Shown: positions 51,888 through 58,455 of the stretch, one piece after another
Position numbering within the stretch: the first letter of the stretch is position 1
Layout: every line of letters starts with the position of its first letter
Notes under the pieces: generated by a model
Database searches by the model: none
What the model saw: the letters and a program-made list of their open reading frames with translations, nothing else
What the model was told of the DNA's origin: nothing
NCBI GenBank assembly: GCA_964518565.1
Contig: CAZFGX010000001.1
Location: 798,568-862,567 of the forward strand
Length of the DNA: 64,000 nucleotides
Reading direction: 5' to 3'
Origin: an uncultured Gammaproteobacteria bacterium
GTDB taxonomy: Bacteria; Patescibacteriota; Microgenomatia; CAZETR01; Amesbacteraceae
Translations under genes and position numbers: made by a program

Positions 51888-52376
51888 ATGTCAAACGATT
51901 TTAATTCAGAGTTTGTAGCATTAGTTTGTCCAAATTGTGGAGCACCAATCAAATTGACGAAGGCCGTGGTCGATGAACAGTTTATGCAATCCGACGACGG
52001 ACGATCTTTTGTGTACATTGGCACATCAAGTGCCAACGACGTACATGCCAAATGCGAACACTGTGACACTGAATTTGTCCGCCGACAAAAAGTCGAAATC
52101 GACTTTTCCGCTGGAACTGGCACATTGAACGTTAATACGGGCGGCGGCGCTTTTATTGCTGGAAAGGTTACGACCAAAGGTGACTTTGTTGGTCGAGACA
52201 AGACAACTGTTATCTACAACCACGGCTCTGGTGCTGTGGCCCAAGGTAACAACGCAGTTGCAGCAGGTGCCGGTGCGCTTATCACAGGAACGAGTCAAAA
52301 AAAGAAATGTGGTAAATGCGGCACAAAAAATCCAAACACGAATAAATTCTGCAGTAGTTGTGGAGCAAAGCTCTAA
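51888..52376 (+). CDS. double zinc-ribbon protein with Gly-rich central motifs
   Basis: CPNCG..CEHC and CGKCG..FCSSCG; SD AAGGAG. Confidence 0.8.
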   Translation: MSNDFNSEFVALVCPNCGAPIKLTKAVVDEQFMQSDDGRSFVYIGTSSANDVHAKCEHCDTEFVRRQKVEIDFSAGTGTLNVNTGGGAFIAGKVTTKGDFVGRDKTTVIYNHGSGAVAQGNNAVAAGAGALITGTSQKKKCGKCGTKNPNTNKFCSSCGAKL

Positions 52377-52395
52377 TCTAAGAGACAACTTTACC

Positions 52396-52472
52396 AAAGC
52401 GGTGTACCTCATGAAGGTATACCGCTTTTTTTTGGCAAAAAAAAGCCCTGTAGGAATTTACTCCTCCAGGGC
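52396..52472. terminator. back-to-back convergent terminators
   Basis: GCGGTGTACC..GGTATACCGC+T run (+); GCCCTG..CAGGGC+T run (-). Confidence 0.7.
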
Positions 52473-52500
52473 CAAGACAAACATCGCATCACAAACAGAG

Positions 52501-53022
52501 TTACTGCGGTAATCCCGGCAGGATTTTTAGCCCCACCAAAAATAGATACCATAGATACAAAACTGGAATAGCGTCCAATGCTCGAAAACTCCAGTATCGA
52601 AGATCTTTTTTCAAATTCACAGTATAGTTATCATCAATCTTAAGCAAGTCTTGTTTATAGGTTGCTCGATTTCGATACGCCTTAACATAAGTCGAAATAA
52701 TTCGGCACCAACTGTAAACCAAGATAGCCAATACCACATAGCCAAAAACCCGATTTCCCACATCGTTTGACAATGCAAAAATCACTGTGATTGGCAAAAT
52801 AATTAATTGATAAAGTGTCGACAATAGCCAATTCCGAATAATCGGTCCCATGTTTTTCGACAACTGCGCATTCGTTTCTGCCGTATTACCGCCACCCTCA
52901 TCAAGCAAGTCGCTTTTCTTCTTCCCATTCATCCAAGACATCGGCGCCATAGGATCAATAAGTAGATAGCCAATACCCAACACAGAAAGAAGCAACAAAC
53001 AAAACAATCCCAAAGTACTCAT
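52501..53022 (-). CDS. hypothetical membrane protein
   Basis: SD GGAGG, ~4 TM. Confidence 0.7.
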   Translation of the reverse strand: MSTLGLFCLLLLSVLGIGYLLIDPMAPMSWMNGKKKSDLLDEGGGNTAETNAQLSKNMGPIIRNWLLSTLYQLIILPITVIFALSNDVGNRVFGYVVLAILVYSWCRIISTYVKAYRNRATYKQDLLKIDDNYTVNLKKDLRYWSFRALDAIPVLYLWYLFLVGLKILPGLPQ

Positions 53023-53044
53023 ATGTGCCTCCAAAAAAATACTA

Positions 53045-53325
53045 CTACTCTTCATTAATCGGATTCTTCCAATTCTCCACAATCACGAACGTATAAAGAA
53101 ATTTGATTCCGAACGGTTTCCAACTAGGGTCGGTAAACCACAATCCAGCAATGTTACATAACACTCTCAATATTTCGAATTCACCCCGCGCTGCAATAAC
53201 CTCAGCACCCACCATCGGTCTTCCATCTTTAACTGTAGTAGTTTGATTCACTGAAAAAGGAATTGCCTGAAGTCCTCGTTCATGGGAAATCCGTTTAAAA
53301 ATCTCCCACAACACTGTCGGCGTCA
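53045..53325 (-). CDS. possible small hypothetical protein (start uncertain)
   Basis: Open frame filling the gap between co-oriented genes. Confidence 0.35.
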
Positions 53326-53328
53326 CTA

Positions 53329-53643
53329 CTACTGCGGCCGAAACTTCCAAACTGGCTTCCAGCCAAAAATAGCACGCACAGCAACAAAACAAAAGATAGT
53401 AAACACGGGCGCAAAGCGCAACAGTTTCCAAAACAGACCAAACGCCAAAGCGACCACGAAAATCACCAGTTCGACTACGTTAAGCGCAACCCACAAAAGA
53501 AAGCGGAGTGGCCTCCAGAGTGCAACGACAACCATAACCCCCTCAAAAATACCTGTAATGATATCTAGAGGAATGACCTCAACATACAACAACAAGCCAA
53601 ATACCGCGGCGAACGCGAGAACGATCCATTGAAATAGTTTCAT
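53329..53643 (-). CDS. very hydrophobic small membrane protein
   Basis: SD AGGAGG; 104 aa, mostly TM. Confidence 0.6.
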   Translation of the reverse strand: MKLFQWIVLAFAAVFGLLLYVEVIPLDIITGIFEGVMVVVALWRPLRFLLWVALNVVELVIFVVALAFGLFWKLLRFAPVFTIFCFVAVRAIFGWKPVWKFRPQ

Positions 53644-53671
53644 ATTCTAACTAACCTCCTAAACGAAAAAA

Positions 53672-54097
53672 TTACCTACTACCAACAGTGATAAAAACAG
53701 CCTCTGGCATCGTTACCCAAGTGAGCAACCAAGTCAGCATGACTGCTGCATTATGCGGTGTAGCCGCCCAATAGCCCCCGACAGTGATCAGTCGATCCTG
53801 ATCGGGGCATGGTAGTGCAAGAACTAAACTCAACTTTTGAATTAGTAACTGCACGACTTCAGCGCCAATCTCTACTTTTCCACCATGGTCTTTATCGATC
53901 CAGTCCCAAGGACTCCAACCGATTTCTAACCAAATGGCATGATAGTTATACGTCCAGGTAGCCTCAGAAATAGTCTCCGTGTCAGGTCGCATTTCTCCAT
54001 TCTCCACGACCAATGAAACAAAACTTCCTGCCTGAGGAATACTGTTGCTAGATATTGTTTTTCCTTCTCGTGACAAAATGCGCAACTCTGCACCCAT
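53672..54097 (-). CDS. hypothetical protein
   Basis: SD AGGAGG before ATG (MGAELR). Confidence 0.65.
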   Translation of the reverse strand: MGAELRILSREGKTISSNSIPQAGSFVSLVVENGEMRPDTETISEATWTYNYHAIWLEIGWSPWDWIDKDHGGKVEIGAEVVQLLIQKLSLVLALPCPDQDRLITVGGYWAATPHNAAVMLTWLLTWVTMPEAVFITVGSR

Positions 54098-54311
54098 AGT
54101 ACCTCCTAAAATTTCACTCTTCAAAGATGTTAATGTACACCTACGTCATCCTATAATCAGCGTAAAATCGTGTTGAAATTAGCCTCAAATAGAATAAACT
54201 ATAGACCTATAGTATAGCACATCTGAGCAATATATTCAACAAAAAACCGCCTATAACAGCGGTTTTTAAAGAATTGCGTTTATGTAATAAAATTCTGCTA
54301 GTATTATTACA

Positions 54312-54749
54312 GTGGCCAAAATAAAAACTACCGGTTCTTCTCACCCGCTTCAACAACGAGCCAGTGTTCGCGTATTAATACACAACAAAAATCTCCAAAT
54401 AATAATTGTATTAGCCAGCATTTTTTCAATTTTTACAATGGCATACCTGGCCACAACAAATGCATACACAAGCGGTTGGATAGCCTCGATATTACTCACT
54501 CCTCTAGTCCTACTGGCATTTACCGGTCTTATTAGAAGGGTTGCGTGGAATATTGCTCCAGTACTAATATTCCTCACTTTCTGGCCACTAGGCATCGTCT
54601 ATATCATCCAAAAAATCTCTAATCCAAAATCTGAACTCAGAAACAATCTTCTATATTGGATTATTCCATTTAGCTGGGCATTTCTTACCGAATGGTTTCT
54701 CGTTGTTTTTGGAATATTAATAATACTACTCGCTCCAATAAACGGGTGA
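54312..54749 (+). CDS. hypothetical membrane protein
   Basis: 145 aa, ~4 TM. Confidence 0.6.
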   Translation: MAKIKTTGSSHPLQQRASVRVLIHNKNLQIIIVLASIFSIFTMAYLATTNAYTSGWIASILLTPLVLLAFTGLIRRVAWNIAPVLIFLTFWPLGIVYIIQKISNPKSELRNNLLYWIIPFSWAFLTEWFLVVFGILIILLAPING

Positions 54750-54766
54750 AGAATAAAAAAATTTTG

Positions 54767-55029
54767 TTGCGGGGCCGGGAGTCGCGCCCGGTCTGAAAGA
54801 TTATGCGATCTTGTTTTCTCACATTACTGTGAGTGTCGGACTATATCATCTTCCCTAGGGGAAGTTTGGCGTTTAGTCTCTACGGACTCGCCCCACTACT
54901 GATGGGGATTGCCTCGGTATTGACCCGCAAATGCGGGTTGTCCACCGATACAGCCAAATTTGCATACTGACATTGCTGTCAGCAGGGCCCATACTACTAG
55001 CCTTCCGTGCAGCTCTACACTACCCCGCA
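54767..55029 (-). tRNA. atypical tRNA-Met(CAT), probably initiator, split by a group I intron
   Basis: Exons 55029-54999 and 54805-54767 join to a 70-nt cloverleaf with TGCGGGG/CCCCGCA acceptor and CT^CAT-AA loop. Confidence 0.85.
54806..54998 (-). ncRNA. 193-nt group I intron between U33 and C34
   Basis: U at 5' splice site, terminal G, IGS UAUG-GGCC pairing both exons, GTAGAGACTA and GATATAGTCC core. Confidence 0.92.
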
Positions 55030-55126
55030 CGTGGTTCATGATGTGAATGAACAAACTGATAGTACCATGCATAAATATGTTTGACAAGGAAAAATAGAAC
55101 CCAGATAATATAGTCAATAAGCACGT

Positions 55127-55795
55127 ATGGCAAAAAGCAAACAAAAAATACAAGCTCGTGAATGCAGGAAAAATGGCGAAAGTATTAAAACAATCGCCAA
55201 AAAGTTAAATGTTTCTTCTAGTACAGTTAGTCTCTGGTGTCGAGACATAGAGTTAACAACAGAACAAATAGCTAAACTCGAAAAGCAATCCAAAGATCCC
55301 TATTATGGCCGAAGAAGCCAATATCTGTCTGAACTAAAAAAAAAGACGGCCAATACTGTTAAAGAGATCCAAGAGACAGCCAAAATTGAGATAGGTACAC
55401 TCACTCCAAAAGAATACTTAGTTTCAGGAATCGCATTATATTGGGCAGAAGGATTTAAAAAAGACAACATGGTGGGATTTGCAAATTCTGACCCCAATAT
55501 GGTCATATTTATTCTAAACTGGTTTGAAAAATGCCTCTTAGTGAAAAAGACTGATATTCGATTACGTGTGGGAATTAATGAATACCAAAAAAGACGAACA
55601 AGTGAAATTGAGGAATTCTGGTCAAAAAAAACTTCAATACCTCTCTCACAGTTTAATAAACCTTTTTTCCAAAAAGTCCAATGGAAAAAAATTTATGAAA
55701 ATGAAAATGAATACGTGGGAACATTAAGAATTAGAGTACTTAAAAGTACAAATTTATTACGAAAAATTCACGGTTATATAAATGCTCTAAAATGA
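55127..55795 (+). CDS. HTH + LAGLIDADG-like protein
   Basis: GESIKTIAKKLNVSSSTVSLWC HTH; GIALYWAEG helix, FANSDP; TTGACA promoter at 55081. Confidence 0.7.
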   Translation: MAKSKQKIQARECRKNGESIKTIAKKLNVSSSTVSLWCRDIELTTEQIAKLEKQSKDPYYGRRSQYLSELKKKTANTVKEIQETAKIEIGTLTPKEYLVSGIALYWAEGFKKDNMVGFANSDPNMVIFILNWFEKCLLVKKTDIRLRVGINEYQKRRTSEIEEFWSKKTSIPLSQFNKPFFQKVQWKKIYENENEYVGTLRIRVLKSTNLLRKIHGYINALK

Positions 55796-55796
55796 A

Positions 55797-56339
55797 ATGA
55801 CTACTCGGCGCCACCCACACAAATTTCGCTTCCAAGTCGTCCACCAATGGCTCACCAACCTCTATCCTGTTTGCGCTGCTCTTGATATCGGCGGCGGCAA
55901 AGGCTTACTCGCCTATCTCCTCAACCAGTCCGGCTGGCAAACTACAGTAATCGACCCAAACCTACAAATACTGGATTGGAAATACAAGGATTTTGGTACC
56001 AATAAACAAATAAAATTAACTCTCGATCAAAGAAATAGTGTCCCACACCTCACTACCCAATTCACTCCAGAGATAGCCCGCCGAACTCAATTACTCATTG
56101 GTCTACATGCCCACGGCAGCAACATGGCAATTATCGATACTGCTGCGAAATATAGCCTTGATATTGCCCTAATCCCTTGCTGTGTCATCGACGAGCCTAT
56201 AGTCAAACATCCTGGCATTAATTGGTTAGCCTCACTTATCGAATACGCCAAAGAAAAAAATCTCAAGCCTAAAACCACAACACTTCCATTTGTCGGCCAA
56301 TCCACGGTTATCTACACACAAAACCATCTGATAAAATAA
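55797..56339 (+). CDS. class I SAM-dependent methyltransferase-like protein
   Basis: LDIGGGKG motif I, GLHA, IPCC. Confidence 0.7.
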   Translation: MTTRRHPHKFRFQVVHQWLTNLYPVCAALDIGGGKGLLAYLLNQSGWQTTVIDPNLQILDWKYKDFGTNKQIKLTLDQRNSVPHLTTQFTPEIARRTQLLIGLHAHGSNMAIIDTAAKYSLDIALIPCCVIDEPIVKHPGINWLASLIEYAKEKNLKPKTTTLPFVGQSTVIYTQNHLIK

Positions 56340-56350
56340 ACCCATCCCGA

Positions 56351-56424
56351 GGCTACGTAGCTCAGTTGGTTAGAGCATGGTCTTCATAAGGCCGGGGTCA
56401 CTGGTTCGAATCCAGTCGTAGCCA
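56351..56424 (+). tRNA. tRNA-Met(CAT), elongator type
   Basis: GGCTACG/CGTAGCC acceptor and D arm like E. coli elongator Met; TT-CAT-AA loop. Confidence 0.9.
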
Positions 56425-56426
56425 CC

Positions 56427-56783
56427 CTACAAACGAATATACAATTGCCACCATTTCTTCCAATTCGGGACTTCCGGTTCTAAAACTATCTGTTGTGCAG
56501 AAGGTCCAGCTTCATCTTCCGACATGACCAAAATGACCTCATTTCCCTTTCCATAACCCAATTTATTTCTCGCTTCTTTCTCCACAAATTGCGGCGATTC
56601 CACCTCTGCTAGACGCTTACGCAAAACCTGGTTCTCCTGCTCAGCGTCTACCAGCTCCTGTCTTGCCTCTACCAATGGCCCACCAGCCCGTAAAAGGCGC
56701 AAAATCCCCCGCCCAGAACGAATAGCACCTAGCACACCAACTACGATCAAAACCAGGCCAAAAACCCTTCGCTTTTTAGACAT
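56427..56783 (-). CDS. ftsB: septum formation initiator FtsB/DivIC family
   Basis: TM, coiled coil, FVEKEARNKLG..NE. Confidence 0.8.
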   Translation of the reverse strand: MSKKRRVFGLVLIVVGVLGAIRSGRGILRLLRAGGPLVEARQELVDAEQENQVLRKRLAEVESPQFVEKEARNKLGYGKGNEVILVMSEDEAGPSAQQIVLEPEVPNWKKWWQLYIRL

Positions 56784-56837
56784 ATTGCTTTCCCCTATTG
56801 TACAAGATACAATCTTTAGGGTAAAATAACCTGTAGT

Positions 56838-57713
56838 ATGGATACTCTACCTAATCCAGTGAGCTTTGAAACAGCCTTGGAAAAGTTCATCTCTTACTTG
56901 CGTAGTCAACGTCGCTCTTCAGCGACTACGATCGCCTACAAGAGTGATTTAGACCAAGTCAAAAAGCATTTAAACGAACGCCGAATCACTCAGGCGACTA
57001 CTGTCTCCACCGAACATCTACAAGGCTATATCGACTGGCTCGGCGGTCTCGGATATACCCCCAAAAGTATTAGCCGAAAAATCAATTCTCTCAAGACTTT
57101 TTTCCGCTATCTTCAAGAAGAAAACGTCATTCCTACCAATCCAGCCCATCCATTGGCTCATCCCAAAATCGAATCCAAAGCTCCTCGTATGCTCTCTATT
57201 GCCGAAATCAAAAATCTGCGCGATGCTTCCCGCCTGGATATTCGTATCTCGGCCATTATCGAACTCCTCCTGCAAACCGGCATGCGTATTTCTGAATTAG
57301 CCAGTCTAGAAATGGAAGATGTCAAAAAAAATGAAGTGTTTATTCGCGCCCAAGAATCCAATCCCGCACGCACCATTTCACTCAACCACTCCTCTTCTGT
57401 TGCTCTAGCCAATTATCTTGCCATCCGACCCAAAGTCACCGATCCTCACGTCTTTGTGACCAAAACTGGCCGACCACTCTTGGTGCGCAATATTCGTACT
57501 GCAATTGATCGATATTTCCGCAAATCTGGCCTCAAAGATGTCAAGGTTAATGACCTTCGCCATACGTTCGTCGCCCACCAGCTCAAAAACGGAGTAGATC
57601 CTGAAGTGGTCAATCGCCACATCGGTCACCGCCGCTTGTCTTCTACTCAAAAATATCTGGATTTCATCAAAGTCGAAATCGAAAACCTCTCCTCCAAGCT
57701 CATCGAGCTCTAA
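56838..57713 (+). CDS. XerC/D-like tyrosine recombinase
   Basis: SAM-like N-domain (AYKSDL, SLKTFFRYL), TGMRISE, LRHTF, IGH..STQKY. Confidence 0.88.
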   Translation: MDTLPNPVSFETALEKFISYLRSQRRSSATTIAYKSDLDQVKKHLNERRITQATTVSTEHLQGYIDWLGGLGYTPKSISRKINSLKTFFRYLQEENVIPTNPAHPLAHPKIESKAPRMLSIAEIKNLRDASRLDIRISAIIELLLQTGMRISELASLEMEDVKKNEVFIRAQESNPARTISLNHSSSVALANYLAIRPKVTDPHVFVTKTGRPLLVRNIRTAIDRYFRKSGLKDVKVNDLRHTFVAHQLKNGVDPEVVNRHIGHRRLSSTQKYLDFIKVEIENLSSKLIEL

Positions 57714-57718
57714 CTCTC

Positions 57719-58354
57719 ATGAAAGAAGTTGGTCGCTGGTCTGAAACGAAAGAATATGAACGCTTAAAAAAAGAGTTTATAAGAAAAATTCTTATCGATA
57801 TACAGTCGCATGGCCATATAAAAATAAGAGACCGTTCAAACCCTCGATACCAAAATGAAATACTAAACGCCACAATTTTTTACCAAACTAAAAAAAATTC
57901 ATTCGAAGTCTACCTCACTTGCACAAAACAAGGAGAAAGTGCCCCAAATGGCATTTATTCCCAAAGATCGTCCATACATATCAACGACAACCCCGATCTA
58001 ATAAATCAAACTGAAGGCACACAAAGAACTGCCAACTTTTCTAGCCAATTATTCATAGACAAAAGTAATCCTAATCACAAAGGCGACGAGTCAGAGTATG
58101 GGGAATTTCAAATTGTCACAAAATTTGACACAACCAAGTCAACCGAAAGATACCCAACAGCTATTAGCGACCGAACAGCTACTAACAAAGAGGCCATAGA
58201 ATTTATGAATCAACTCATGCAAGCAAGCATAGATCACGCCGCCACAAAAAATAGCCACCTTCAAGAAATAACAAACCCAGACGAAGATTTAGTGTCATCA
58301 CACTATCCAGGTAGTCAAAACCCCAACCTATACAAACAATTTTTCAAAAACTAG
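57719..58354 (+). CDS. hypothetical protein
   Basis: 211-aa A-rich ORF, no motif recognised. Confidence 0.55.
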   Translation: MKEVGRWSETKEYERLKKEFIRKILIDIQSHGHIKIRDRSNPRYQNEILNATIFYQTKKNSFEVYLTCTKQGESAPNGIYSQRSSIHINDNPDLINQTEGTQRTANFSSQLFIDKSNPNHKGDESEYGEFQIVTKFDTTKSTERYPTAISDRTATNKEAIEFMNQLMQASIDHAATKNSHLQEITNPDEDLVSSHYPGSQNPNLYKQFFKN

Positions 58355-58356
58355 TG

Positions 58357-58429
58357 TGGGCCTGGGAGGATTCGAACCTCCAACCTTGAATGTATAAGAT
58401 TCCTGCGCTAACCATTGCGCCACAGGCCC
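58357..58429 (-). tRNA. tRNA-Ile(TAT)
   Basis: 73-nt cloverleaf GGGCCTG/CAGGCCC, loop CT-TAT-AC, TTCGAAT. Confidence 0.9.
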
Positions 58430-58455
58430 TTAGCTGTATTTTACCTCAAACTTAG

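Noticed and set aside
44643-54270. Integron cassette array or prophage
   Set aside because: Genes alternate strands and carry own promoters; no convincing attC pairs, no IntI, no structural phage genes
54896-55153. 85-aa minus-strand ORF
   Set aside because: Overlaps the tRNA exon and group I intron
56351-58429. Integrative element bounded by tRNAs around the tyrosine recombinase
   Set aside because: No duplicated tRNA 3' end seen, and the interval includes the core gene ftsB
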